This document shows positions 1-11,800 of a stretch of 64,000 nt of DNA, one piece after another. The first letter of the stretch is position 1. Each line of letters starts with the position of its first letter. This DNA is from a virus, in IMG/VR virus record IMGVR_UViG_3300021963_000057, positions 1 to 64,000 of that record. The stretch is one strand, 5' to 3'. The notes below the pieces were generated by a model, which worked only from the letters and a program-made list of their open reading frames with translations, was not told where the DNA came from and did not search any database. A program made the translations under genes and the position numbers.

Positions 1-924
1 TCTGGCGCAACATTTGCCAATGCAGCCTTCACAAGAGCTAACTCTGCATATGCAAAGGCAAACTCGGCACTTGCAAATACATCAGGTATATTCGATGGTT
101 CACTAATCATTACACAAAACTTGGATGTTAATTCATCAATCAAGTTTGCAAATGCAACATTCACATCAACACAAGGTTTGGTTACAATCAGTGCATCAAA
201 TACTGGTGCAACTCAACCAACTGGGGGTGATGGTTATGTTTTACACATGACTGGTAAACATAACATTCCCGTTAGAGTAGTATCCGATTCTTTTGGTGCC
301 AACGGGCAACTCGTTTTCCCATTGTTTGGTGGTCGTGCAGCAAGAGGTAATGTAACTAATCCATCTGCGGTTCAAACAGGTGATGTTCTAACACGAATTG
401 GTGCAAGTGGTTTTGGTGAAACATCATATCAATCTGGTGGTACGTCTAGAATAGATTTTGTTGCAACAGAAAATCATACAGATACATCCAGAGGCACAGC
501 AATTAAATTCTATAATGTACAAGAAGGTTCAAATACATTATCAGAAATTGCCAGTTTCAATGCAAACACAGTTACAATTACTGGTGTAGTTAATCCCGCA
601 AAAGGTTTCATCTATACACCTAGAATTCTACAAGGTGCTCAGACCGCAATCACAATCGACTTTGCAACAGACTCTATGGTTCGTGCTACATTCTCAGCAA
701 CAGTAACAAACACACTCGCAAACTATGTTGCAGGTAAAATTGTTGAAGTATGGTTAACAAATACAGCAGGTAACGGACAAACAGTTGTACACGGATGCTT
801 GGCAAACAACTCGACTATTGGTGCAACATCATTAACAATCGCATCAGGTCGCTCAGTCTACTTAAAGTACTTTAGTATTAGCGGAGACAATGCAAATACT
901 TTCGTTGCAGTAACATACGCATAA
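1..924 (+). CDS. 5'-truncated virion structural/tail-fibre-like protein with Ala/Asn heptad repeats
   Basis: Frame 1 is open from base 1 (SGATFANAAFTRANSAYAKANSALANTSG...), so the real start lies upstream of the window and the listed TTG at 121 is internal. Thr/Gly/Asn-rich sequence immediately upstream of gp8. Confidence 0.7.
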   Translation, partial: SGATFANAAFTRANSAYAKANSALANTSGIFDGSLIITQNLDVNSSIKFANATFTSTQGLVTISASNTGATQPTGGDGYVLHMTGKHNIPVRVVSDSFGANGQLVFPLFGGRAARGNVTNPSAVQTGDVLTRIGASGFGETSYQSGGTSRIDFVATENHTDTSRGTAIKFYNVQEGSNTLSEIASFNANTVTITGVVNPAKGFIYTPRILQGAQTAITIDFATDSMVRATFSATVTNTLANYVAGKIVEVWLTNTAGNGQTVVHGCLANNSTIGATSLTIASGRSVYLKYFSISGDNANTFVAVTYA

Positions 925-934
925 TAAATAAATC

Positions 935-2314
935 ATGGCAAATAAAAATATACTCACAAACGATTCAAAGGTCTCTCAAATAGACCTGTTGTATTATGCA
1001 CCAGTTGCAGTGGTACCACCTGCAATCACAACACCAATTCATTCTTACTATTGTTTCTTGGCCAAGCCAACTCCATGGGTAGACGATAATAATCCAAACA
1101 CACCTACAACTGATTTGAAATCTATCAAACAGATTCAAAAGAATATTTTTGTTACGAAACAAATTAAGACCAGTGACATTTCACCAGTCATTCAACGAAT
1201 TGATTGGCAAACAAATTGGATATATGATTACTTCCGTGATGATGTTGATATGTTGACTAAGGATGAAAATGGTTTTCTAACCAAATTATTCTATGTTAAA
1301 AACAGGTATGACCAAGTTTTCAAGTGTTTGTGGAATAATAATGGTGCAGAATCAACAAGAGAACCGTACTTTGAACCTGGTACATATTCAGCCAACAAAA
1401 TTTTCCAAGGTGATGATGGTTACAAATGGAAATTTATGTATACCATTGACACCGGACTGAAACTGAAATTCATGGACAGAGAATGGATGCCGGTGCAGGT
1501 GGGTTCAAACACGCCAAACCCATTGGTTACCAGTGCAGGTGCAGGTAGTATAGATGTTATTAATGTCATAGATGGTGGGTCAGGATACGACACGGTCAAT
1601 GCGGTTGTGTATGTCACTATCACAGGTGACGGAACAGGTGCAACTGCATCCGCAAACGTGGAGTCTTTGGTGGACGGTGGTTCAATCAGAGATATTATTG
1701 TGGTAAATCCAGGTAGTAACTATACATATGCCAACGTTGCAATAACTTCCGCAATTGGTGGTAATGCAAACGTTACATGGGCAACTTCACCAATCGGCGG
1801 CCACGGATTTGATCCAATTTCTGAATTGGGTTGCGGTCACCTCATGTTGACTGCTGAATTTGATGGTGATGAAAATGGTTTTATACCCACAGATATTGAC
1901 TACCATCAAGTTGGTATTTTGGTAAATCCAACAACAAAACAATTCAATCCAAATCCAGCCAATGGTGTCATCTATAGTACAACAACAAATGTAGTTGTAG
2001 CACCAGGTTCAGATGCGGGTTATACACCAGATGAATTCATATATCAAGGCACTTTGGAGAATCCATCATTTTATGCAAACGTTTTGAGTTTTGATAGTGA
2101 TTCCAACCTGATTAAGCTGATAAATACAACTGGAACTCCAGCAAATAACAGTCCAATATTTGGCCAAGATTCAAAGACAACAAGAACATTACTGTCATAC
2201 AGTACTCCAAATTTTGCAGTTCATTCTGGTTATATGATTTATGTAGAAAATAGATCCGGTGTTCAAAGAAGTACTGATGGTATAGAACAATTCAGATTCG
2301 TATTAGGTTTCTAA
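935..2314 (+). CDS. gp8: Baseplate wedge subunit gp8
   Basis: T4-like gp8 motifs (RIDW, FYVKN..QVFKCLWNN, DGYKWKFMYTI, PIGGHGFDPISELG, GYMIYVENR); preceded by TAAATA. Confidence 0.85.
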   Translation: MANKNILTNDSKVSQIDLLYYAPVAVVPPAITTPIHSYYCFLAKPTPWVDDNNPNTPTTDLKSIKQIQKNIFVTKQIKTSDISPVIQRIDWQTNWIYDYFRDDVDMLTKDENGFLTKLFYVKNRYDQVFKCLWNNNGAESTREPYFEPGTYSANKIFQGDDGYKWKFMYTIDTGLKLKFMDREWMPVQVGSNTPNPLVTSAGAGSIDVINVIDGGSGYDTVNAVVYVTITGDGTGATASANVESLVDGGSIRDIIVVNPGSNYTYANVAITSAIGGNANVTWATSPIGGHGFDPISELGCGHLMLTAEFDGDENGFIPTDIDYHQVGILVNPTTKQFNPNPANGVIYSTTTNVVVAPGSDAGYTPDEFIYQGTLENPSFYANVLSFDSDSNLIKLINTTGTPANNSPIFGQDSKTTRTLLSYSTPNFAVHSGYMIYVENRSGVQRSTDGIEQFRFVLGF

Positions 2315-2323
2315 GGGAAAAAA

Positions 2324-5300
2324 ATGGCTTTAAATTTTAACGTTGATCCATACTATGACGATTTCGATGGAGCGAAAAACTTCCATCGCATATTGTTTAA
2401 ACCTGGTGTTGCTGTACAGGCAAGAGAATTAACGCAAGCACAAACAATATTACAAAATCAAATCACCAGTTTTGCTGATAACATTTTCAAGCAAAATTCT
2501 CCTGTTACTGGTGGCCAAGTTACAACCAACTTTGACGTAAAGTACGTTAAAATCCAATCATCATATAATGGTATCACGATTGATGTTGAAAACTTTCAAG
2601 ATAAACTAATTAGAAATGCCACCGGTACTGTTGTTGCAAGAGTGTTGACAACAGCTGTTGCTACTGGCACCGCAGATGAAGGTGATCCTGCAACATTGAT
2701 TGTTTCTTATAAAACAGGTACAGAATTTAGTGACAATGAAGTTATATACGATGCAGATTCAAACTTAACTTGCCAAGCAATGCCTAGTGCTGCGGTTGGT
2801 TCTTCATCTATTGCATCCATTTCACAAGGTGTTTTCTATGTTCTCGGTAACTTTGTACAAGTATCACCACAAACTGTTATACTAAGCAAATACGATAACA
2901 CACCATCTAAACGTGTTGGTTTAGATATCAGTGAAACAATTTATGACTATGCAAACGATAATTCTTTGTTGGATCCAGCAGTTGGTGCATCTAACTACCA
3001 AGCTCCTGGTGCAGACCGTTATGTAATCAGTTTACAACTATCATCTAGACCATTATATTTTGGTGATGATGCATTGTTTATTGAACTTGTTCGCATAGAA
3101 GATGGTAATGTATACAGAATGGTTGATGGTTCAGTCTATGCAACTATTGATGATTACTTTGCAAAACGTGATTATGAAACGAATGGTGACTACATCATTC
3201 AAGATTTTAAATTTACACCTAAAACTTATGATGAGGATGCCAACAAATACACAATGAGTGTTGGACCAGGTTTAGCATATGTACATGGTTACCGTGTAGA
3301 AAATCCTTCACCACTCAATATAATTTCGAATCGTGCAAGAACTACAGCTACACAGGAAAACGAACCTGCTTTCATAGATTATGGTAGTTATTTCTTAGTT
3401 AGTAACGTTGCAGGTACTGGTGAATATACTTTCCCTGTAACAACAGCCAACACAGTAGATTTCCACTGCGTTGCCAACACAGATATCAATACTGCAAACT
3501 CGACAACTTACAATTCAACATTGGTTGCCACAGCGTATATCCGTGGACTACAATTTCAAAGTAGTCCAACAAATGGTCAGGCAAATACATACATATTCAA
3601 AGCACACGTTTATGATATTGAAAACAAATCAATTTCAGCAAATGTAATTTCTGCAAACGCAACATCTATTACACTTCCTTTTATTAATGGAAAAACTTCA
3701 GGTGTTGACCATGCTTATGATGGCGTAAATGTTACCATTTCTAAAGGTACTAATGCGGGTGAAACAAGAACCATCTCCAATTACAATGGTTCAACAAGAG
3801 TTGCAACAGTAAGCCAAGAATGGAGTGTTACACCAGATAGCAGTTCCGTTTATGTTTTGAACTTTGATACACCAGATATTGAGTCTATGGTGTTTACAAA
3901 TAGTGATGGAACATATCCAAAAACAAGATACGCAAGTGCTGAGATAGACAATACAGGTAAAGTCGGAAACGTGGCCACAGGTGATGCCATATTTGAAAAT
4001 CCAAACATACCTGAAATGATTTACCCAATCGGTAATCCATATGTGTCAAGTATTACATCAACATCTTACACAACATATCAAGAAATTAAAGGTGTAAATT
4101 TTAACGTTGATGGTGATACATTATCCGCTACATTATCATACACAGGAAGTTATGCGGGTGTTATTAAACATTTAGGTAATGAAAACTCAACATTGTCTAA
4201 TGATGTTGTTGAACAATGTTATACAATTATTGTTACTGATAGAAAATCAAATAGTACATTGACTAATGGCCAAGTTGTGCCATGGACAGTTAGTGGTAGA
4301 ACCGTTAAACTAAATGATGTTGGTTCTATAGCCACATTTGAAACAGAAACATCAGATTTAACTGCATTTACCGCAACAATTATTGCAAAAGTTTTTGTGG
4401 TCAATGCTTCAAGTACCAACCACGTTCTAAGAATCAAGAATCTTGTTACTGGTAATACAACTGCTGTATCAAGTAATGCTTCAGGTTATATGACAACTGT
4501 GGCCACAAATACATTTGTTGATGATTCAGCAAGTTCAAAAGGTCATGTTTACATCAAGGCTGCTGGAGTTGTTTCAAACGGAACAAAACAATCATTGTAT
4601 TTGTCTGACGTTAAACAACTTGTAAAAATCATAGATACGAAAACTGATATTTACCCAACTGTTGCTATGTTGACAGACGCTTCTTATGATGTTACAAACC
4701 GTTATACGTTTGATAGTGGTCAAAGAGATAATTACTATGACCATGCATCAGTAACATTAAGACCTGGTGCTGTGAAACCTACTGGTAATATTCTCATCAT
4801 TGTGGATTATTATAAACATAGTGGTGGTGATGGTTACTTTAGTAAAATGTCATACATTGACAACTCAAGTTCAGCAGAAAACTACAATCAAATTCCTTCT
4901 TACAAAAGTAAATATGGTACACAATATAGTCTAAGAGATTGTATTGACTTTAGACCAGTAAGACTTAATGCACAAACACAATTTGTTTTCCGTCATACCG
5001 ATTCAGACTTGAGTGTAGGTTCATTGTTACCAGCTGATTTGTCAACCTTTATTTGTGACTATTCATATTACCTAGGTCGTAGAGATAAATTAATTATTAC
5101 TAAAGACAAAGCAATTCAAATTATTGAAGGATCACCATCCATCAACCCACTATTACCTAGTGAACCAGAAGGTGCATTGGTGTTGGCCAATATTACGCAC
5201 AAACCATACACCGGTAATATACCAACAGAAATGAATACAGGTTTATCAGACCTATCTGTGCAATCTGTTCAACACCGCCGTTATACAATGGCTGATATCG

Positions 5301-8300
5301 CTGGTTTAGATACACGAATCAATAGAATCGAATACTATACTGCATTAAACGCATTAGAACAAAATGCAAACTCATTACAAATATCAGATTCATATGGTCT
5401 AAACAGGTTCAAAAACGGTATTATGGTAGATGACTTTTCTGGATACGCTGCGTCAGATGCAGGTATTACAGATTATAAAGCATCAATTAATCGTAGAACA
5501 AAACAAATGACAGCAAAACAAACTGTCAAGAATTTCCCATTAAAGAGCTTGGCCTTAGCATACAACATGGAAAGACCACGAAGTTCTGTAATTTCTAGTT
5601 TTAATTTTGCGAGAACAAGTGATGGTTATACTAACTATTTCTCACTACCATATACAACTACCAATATTGTTGCACAAAAACTTGCAAGTAGAACAATAAA
5701 TATCAATCCCTTTTCTGTAACAAATGCAAAAGGATTAGTAGCACTATCACCTAACGTAGATAATTGGGTTGATACATCTCACTCTCCTTCACTGTTGATT
5801 GTTGATCCAGACTTACATATTTGGCAAAGTTCCGATGAAATTAACACATTGATTTCAGGTGACTGGCAAACAGTTTCCGGTACAATGACACTGCAAAAAG
5901 AAACTTCAACTTCAAGAAGTTGGGACAATAGATGGGTTGATAATCGAACACTAGAACACATTACGGAAGTTACAACAACATCAACATATAAGAAAGTAAC
6001 AAATCAAACTGGTACCGATTTACTAGGTGCATACAGCCAGATAGATAATACATATTCATTGAATAATGGATATATTAATGACATTAGTATTCTTTCATGG
6101 ATTAGACCACAAGAAGTTGTTATCCGTGCTCAAGATATGTTGTATAAAACAGAAATACACGCTTTCTTTGACACAGTAAATGTTGATAACTACATCAAGA
6201 AAGCAAACATTATTGAGTTGACTAATGTTGTAGGAAAATTTAACCAAAATGATATTGTTGGATACTATTCTTCAGGTACATTTGTACCAACAGGTATTGT
6301 TATTGGCATTTATGATTATCCAAATAATGATAATGTAAGATTGTATGTTTCTGGTGATGGTGCAACAACAACATATCATAGTGGAAATGTATTACAAAAT
6401 GCTTTCTTCGATGAAGATGGTGTATATCAAACAAGCGAAGCACAAGGAACATTCAGTAGTCAAACACACAATGGTGGTTTGATACAAGCAGTGAATAGTT
6501 CAACATCAATAACATTGTCTACTTTGGCTTCTTCAACAAGCACGGACTATATTGGAAGTAAACTATACATTACACAAGGTGTTGGCAAAGGACAATCAGC
6601 GATAATTACTGGTTACAACGGAACAACCAAAGTTCTTACATTAGCCACAGCAATAACATGTTCAGTGAAAGATTTATATTCTATCGGTTCTTTTGTTACG
6701 GATGAACAAGGTAGTTTCTTTGGTGTTTTCACGATACCAGAAAGAACTTTCAACAATGGAACTAGAGTGTTCCGTATGGACAACCGTTTCAACGGAAATG
6801 AATCTACTATAACAACTTTTGCAGAAGGTACTTTCTATGCATCTGGACTACAGGTCAATAAACAAAATATTGATTTTGGTGCATCACCATCTGGAGCAAA
6901 AGATACCTTTACACAAACAAAGAAAAGAGATGTTGTAACTTCTGAAACCAGAGTTACTAAAGCACAAAGATTTTGGTATACCAAACACGATCCTGTTTCG
7001 CAAACATTTATTATTGACAAAGAAAACTTTGCAAATGGAGCATACATCACTTCTGTCAGAGTATTCTTTGCAACAAAACCAACCAGTGATACTGCGCCAG
7101 TAACTCTATCTATTGTGGGAACACTAAATGGTTATCCAAATGGATCAACGTTAGACAATTCTATTGTGGTTTTACCTGCAAACCAAATTAAAACATCATC
7201 ATCACCACAATACTTGGATGAAACAACATACACAGAATTCGTTTTTGATTCACCAGTTTACATTCAATCAGATGTAATGTATGCAATAATTTTAAGGTCA
7301 CAGTCAAACGAGTATACATTATACACAGCTGCAAACGGTGACCAAGCATTGCCCTCATCTGTGAAGAATCTTGCAACTGATCCATATCCAAGTTCAATCA
7401 CAAAGATTGCAACAGCACCATATGTTGGTTCATTATTCTTGTCACAGAACTCACAAACATGGACAGCGGATCAAAACCAAAGTTTGATGTTCACCATCGA
7501 ACGTGCCAAGTTTGATATAACAAAAACACCATCAATCAGAATGGTTGTTCCTAAGAAGATGCCATCCAGAACTTTGATTGAAAATCAAATTGATTATTAT
7601 ATCAACGCAAACACAATGGTTAACAAAGTTGGAACAACTTCAAATGAAGACCTGTTGGTTGGTGCATTTAATCTTACAACTACCGATTTTATTCCATCAT
7701 CGACTTCAATAACATATACATATTCAGCTAAATTACAAAGTAATACTGAAACATCCGAAGTTAATATTAATCCAGGTAAATATGGAACAACAATGTACAA
7801 CCATATCTATTTGAATGATAACAGAGGTGAGAGAATAATTGAAGCCAACTCAACAACATCATTCTCCATGTATGGTTATTTGGAATCAACTGATGATGCA
7901 GTTTCACCTATCATTTCAGATGCAGGTACATCTGTATTCACGATTGAATATGATATAAACAATTGTCCACTATCAAACGGTTTGATTTCTATCACCAATA
8001 ATGGTAGTGGTTACAATGCAAACTTAACATCCGTTACTGTTTCTGCACCAACAGGTAAGAATGGTGAACAAGCATATGCAACAGCCAATGTTGTTGATGG
8101 TATTATTGATGCAATTTATATCACTACTCCAGGTGCCGGTTACATTGAAACACCAACCATCATAATTGCTGATGCAAACGGCACACCAGGAACAGGTGCA
8201 ACCGCAGTTGTTGCGGGTGAAACATCATCCAGTGGTGGTCCAGCAGCAACACGTTATATAACGAAAAAAGTTGTACTAGACGGTGGTTTCGATTCAGGTG

Positions 8301-8668
8301 ACCTGAATATTTACTTATCTGCATATCGTCCACTTGGAACTGATATAAATGTATATTACAAAGTTTTGAGTAGAAATGATACACAAAAATTTGATGATGG
8401 TTACTGGCAATTAATGACAAAAACCAACAGCAGTGATGGTAAATACTCACAAGCAAGAGAAAATATACATGAATATACTTTTGCACCTGGAACTTCAGGT
8501 AAAGAACAAGGTTTTGTTTCATACTTGAGTAATAATGGACAGACGTATTATACATTCAGTCAGTTTGCAATTAAGATTGTGTTGACAACAACAGACAAAA
8601 CTCTTGTTCCTTATTTGTCGGATTTAAGATGTATTGCTTTGCCACCAAATACTAACACGGTATTCTGA
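2324..8668 (+). CDS. Large virion structural protein (DUF4815/VrlC-like)
   Basis: 2114 aa; N-terminal PYYDDF..KNFHRILFKPGVAVQARELTQAQTILQNQI, APGADRY, NRFKNGIMVDDF, DPVSQTF and C-terminal FSQFAIKIV..VPYLSDLRCIAL, typical of the giant protein next to gp8 in T4-like environmental phages. Confidence 0.8.
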   Translation: MALNFNVDPYYDDFDGAKNFHRILFKPGVAVQARELTQAQTILQNQITSFADNIFKQNSPVTGGQVTTNFDVKYVKIQSSYNGITIDVENFQDKLIRNATGTVVARVLTTAVATGTADEGDPATLIVSYKTGTEFSDNEVIYDADSNLTCQAMPSAAVGSSSIASISQGVFYVLGNFVQVSPQTVILSKYDNTPSKRVGLDISETIYDYANDNSLLDPAVGASNYQAPGADRYVISLQLSSRPLYFGDDALFIELVRIEDGNVYRMVDGSVYATIDDYFAKRDYETNGDYIIQDFKFTPKTYDEDANKYTMSVGPGLAYVHGYRVENPSPLNIISNRARTTATQENEPAFIDYGSYFLVSNVAGTGEYTFPVTTANTVDFHCVANTDINTANSTTYNSTLVATAYIRGLQFQSSPTNGQANTYIFKAHVYDIENKSISANVISANATSITLPFINGKTSGVDHAYDGVNVTISKGTNAGETRTISNYNGSTRVATVSQEWSVTPDSSSVYVLNFDTPDIESMVFTNSDGTYPKTRYASAEIDNTGKVGNVATGDAIFENPNIPEMIYPIGNPYVSSITSTSYTTYQEIKGVNFNVDGDTLSATLSYTGSYAGVIKHLGNENSTLSNDVVEQCYTIIVTDRKSNSTLTNGQVVPWTVSGRTVKLNDVGSIATFETETSDLTAFTATIIAKVFVVNASSTNHVLRIKNLVTGNTTAVSSNASGYMTTVATNTFVDDSASSKGHVYIKAAGVVSNGTKQSLYLSDVKQLVKIIDTKTDIYPTVAMLTDASYDVTNRYTFDSGQRDNYYDHASVTLRPGAVKPTGNILIIVDYYKHSGGDGYFSKMSYIDNSSSAENYNQIPSYKSKYGTQYSLRDCIDFRPVRLNAQTQFVFRHTDSDLSVGSLLPADLSTFICDYSYYLGRRDKLIITKDKAIQIIEGSPSINPLLPSEPEGALVLANITHKPYTGNIPTEMNTGLSDLSVQSVQHRRYTMADIAGLDTRINRIEYYTALNALEQNANSLQISDSYGLNRFKNGIMVDDFSGYAASDAGITDYKASINRRTKQMTAKQTVKNFPLKSLALAYNMERPRSSVISSFNFARTSDGYTNYFSLPYTTTNIVAQKLASRTININPFSVTNAKGLVALSPNVDNWVDTSHSPSLLIVDPDLHIWQSSDEINTLISGDWQTVSGTMTLQKETSTSRSWDNRWVDNRTLEHITEVTTTSTYKKVTNQTGTDLLGAYSQIDNTYSLNNGYINDISILSWIRPQEVVIRAQDMLYKTEIHAFFDTVNVDNYIKKANIIELTNVVGKFNQNDIVGYYSSGTFVPTGIVIGIYDYPNNDNVRLYVSGDGATTTYHSGNVLQNAFFDEDGVYQTSEAQGTFSSQTHNGGLIQAVNSSTSITLSTLASSTSTDYIGSKLYITQGVGKGQSAIITGYNGTTKVLTLATAITCSVKDLYSIGSFVTDEQGSFFGVFTIPERTFNNGTRVFRMDNRFNGNESTITTFAEGTFYASGLQVNKQNIDFGASPSGAKDTFTQTKKRDVVTSETRVTKAQRFWYTKHDPVSQTFIIDKENFANGAYITSVRVFFATKPTSDTAPVTLSIVGTLNGYPNGSTLDNSIVVLPANQIKTSSSPQYLDETTYTEFVFDSPVYIQSDVMYAIILRSQSNEYTLYTAANGDQALPSSVKNLATDPYPSSITKIATAPYVGSLFLSQNSQTWTADQNQSLMFTIERAKFDITKTPSIRMVVPKKMPSRTLIENQIDYYINANTMVNKVGTTSNEDLLVGAFNLTTTDFIPSSTSITYTYSAKLQSNTETSEVNINPGKYGTTMYNHIYLNDNRGERIIEANSTTSFSMYGYLESTDDAVSPIISDAGTSVFTIEYDINNCPLSNGLISITNNGSGYNANLTSVTVSAPTGKNGEQAYATANVVDGIIDAIYITTPGAGYIETPTIIIADANGTPGTGATAVVAGETSSSGGPAATRYITKKVVLDGGFDSGDLNIYLSAYRPLGTDINVYYKVLSRNDTQKFDDGYWQLMTKTNSSDGKYSQARENIHEYTFAPGTSGKEQGFVSYLSNNGQTYYTFSQFAIKIVLTTTDKTLVPYLSDLRCIALPPNTNTVF

Positions 8669-8670
8669 TT

Positions 8671-8892
8671 ATGCATTTATTAAAGGTACAAGGCACCAAA
8701 CTGGTGAGGGATCCTAGGAGTGGTGCCATTATCAACCAAGACAAAACTGGATTAGATGAGTACTTGGCTAGACGCCGTGGTATGGAGTCTCAAAAGGAAG
8801 AAATAAATAAAGTAAAGTCTGATATCATAGAAATGAAACAAGACATGACAGAAATAAAAAGTTTGTTACTAAAACTATTAGAAAAAGGTTAA
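8671..8892 (+). CDS. Small conserved hypothetical protein (C-terminal coiled coil)
   Basis: LVRDPRSGAIIN motif and EIKSLLLKL terminus; tightly packed between structural genes. Confidence 0.75.
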   Translation: MHLLKVQGTKLVRDPRSGAIINQDKTGLDEYLARRRGMESQKEEINKVKSDIIEMKQDMTEIKSLLLKLLEKG

Positions 8893-8893
8893 A

Positions 8894-11800
8894 ATGGCTA
8901 ATACAGTTACCACATTAAATTATGCCAATACATTCGGCCATTGGTTGGCTGCAACTGACGCATTGATTGCTGAAAATAATACATTGGCCAAAGATAATTA
9001 TGTAAAAGATTCTGGTACAATTTATCTTTCAGAGGGAACATTAAACGCTTTACAATCAAACGGTAACGTTATCGTACAAAAAGCGTTGATGGTCCAAGGT
9101 GTTGGTTCTTATGCAACAGTTCAAAATGATTTGACAGTTGAACGCCAAGGTCTATTTACCAATACCGATTTGAGTATTGTTGCAACAGGTAATGTACAAG
9201 TTGGGAATACATTGATTGTATCTGGTGCAGGTTATGGTGTTCAAGTTGATAATGATGCGTTGATTGGTGGTGATTTGGTAATTGGTGGTAACTTAGAACT
9301 AAACATTCTAGAAGCTAGACAAAAGGTCAACACAGAAACTTTGTCTGTAACAGGAACAACATACACCAACAAACTGCAATCAAATAACCAAGTTGTAACT
9401 GGCATACTCACTGCAAACACTAACATATACACAAGTCGTTTACAGTCAAACACTTCTATAACAACAACAGAAATTCAGGCTAATACCGTAATTAATGCTG
9501 CCACAATTTCTGTAACTACTGGCATGTATGGTAATTTACTACAAGCCAACTCAAGTGTTAATACTTCAAATGCATCCATTGTAAACACAGTATACACCAA
9601 AGACTTGCAAGCCAACTCAAGTGTTAATACTTCAAATGCATCCATTGTTAATACATTGTATGCAAAAAATTTGGTTGCTAATTCTAAAATAACTGTGCCT
9701 GATGCTTATGTTACATCGAATGCTCATATAACTGAGAATATATTTGTTTCGGGTTCAGGATATGCATATGATTTTTATGCAGCAAATACCGTGTTTAGTG
9801 ATTCCATATATGCGAATACAGTTTACTTCCAAAACAATCTTACAACTGTAGGTAATACCAATTCTACATCATTTTTTGCATCTTCAAATATAACCACACA
9901 AACACTATATTCATTAGATTCTTTTGGTGATTATCTTACTGCAAACCTACACATTTATACACCATCAATTGACGTTGAGGGTACCACATTGACACGTTTT
10001 GTTCAAGCAAATTCGTCAATGAATACATCAAACTCAAGTGTGGTCAATACAAGTTACACAAAATATTTGATTGCAAACACACTGGTTACAACTGCTGGAC
10101 TTAATTCTTTAGGTAAGACACATACAAATACTTTACAAGCCAACACTTCAGCAAATACACAAACATTATCCGTTACTGAACGTGCATTAATTGACCGTGT
10201 TCAAGCCAATACATCCGTTAACACAGACATTTTAAGTGTTGGTACAATTGCATATTCAAATAAATTTCAAGCAAACAATTCTGTAAATGCTGCTGTTATA
10301 AGTGTTAGTGGAAATGTGTACACAGATAAAGTGCAGGCAAATTCGGCCGTAAATACTGCAACACTAATGGTAACAGAAAAGATTGATGCGAATGATGCGT
10401 CAGTTTTTGTTCACGATTTGGAAACTTTGGGTTCATTATCTGTTGGTACTGATTTCATTATCAACGGCACAACAATTTATAACTCAGATACATTTACTTT
10501 AAATGCAAGTGCAGCTGACGGACAATTTGCTTATATTTCTGTAAACAGAGGTTCGTCTGGTGCTAATGCAGAGATTCGTTGGAATGAATCTAGTGAATGG
10601 TGGGACATTTATGAAACCAACAGTGGTGAATACTTCAGAATTCTAACTGATGAACACATCAGTGACGTATTAGATTCTACTAATTCATTGGTTGTTGCTT
10701 CATCGGCAGCAGCTAATGCATTGAATGATAATATTCAAACAGCAAATACATATCTAAAAGGTCGTGTCACTTCAGCTGAAAGTTTTGCTAACAGTGCTTT
10801 TGTAAGAGCCAACTCATCCTATACTGCACAAAACACAACAGCGGCATTTGCTAATGCGGCATTCAGACACGCTAACGCAGCTTTCGAATCTGCAAATAAT
10901 GTGGCACCTCAAGTGGCACCAGCATACGGTCATGCTAATGCTGCATTTGATAAGGCTAATACTGTTGTATCAACTATCAAAGGAACAACAGGTTCTGTTA
11001 CTGCAAGTAACGCTGGTATTACACTAAAGAGTAACAATGGTATTGTTATATTTGCCACAAATGATAACAGTACTGGTAACACACTTGCAATTAGTACTTC
11101 ACAAGACCTAAGAACAACTGGTTCACCAACTTTTGCCGGTTTGTCACTGACAACTCCACTACAAGTTGGCCAAGGTGGTACAGGAACAACATCCTATGCA
11201 TCATTATTTGGTTTAGCAATAACTGCTGCAGCAGGTTCTGGTGCTGACGGAAAGGTTCTTGGTACAGATGGTGCTGGTGGTTATTCTTGGGTAACAGGTG
11301 GTTCAGGTGGAGGTGGTGGTACACAACCAGGTTCTAGAATCAGTTCATCACGTTTATCATATACCGGTGATGACCTTACTTCAAAATTTACCACACCAAC
11401 GCATAGTGTTGGTACACAACTACGTGCATACATTAATGGTGTTCGTCAACTAGAATCTGAATACTGGTCATTCACTGCAAACTCAATCATATGGTTTAAA
11501 TCACCACCAGTAACAGGTGATTCAATACTCATTGAAGTTGATGGTTATGCTGTGTATGAATACTTTGCAAATAATATTGTTTATGGTCCTGCTTCAGGTG
11601 ACATTGTTGGTTCAACCATTCAAGATGCAATTGATAACCTAGAAACAAGAAAGATGCCAAAAGGTGGTGGCACATTTACAGGCCGTGTTGAAGGCCTAAC
11701 GATGCCAACAACAACGTCAAATACTGTATTTGCAACAACTCAATTTGTAAATCAACTTGCAAACTCTAATTATACATTCTCACATAGTATTAGTGGTAAC

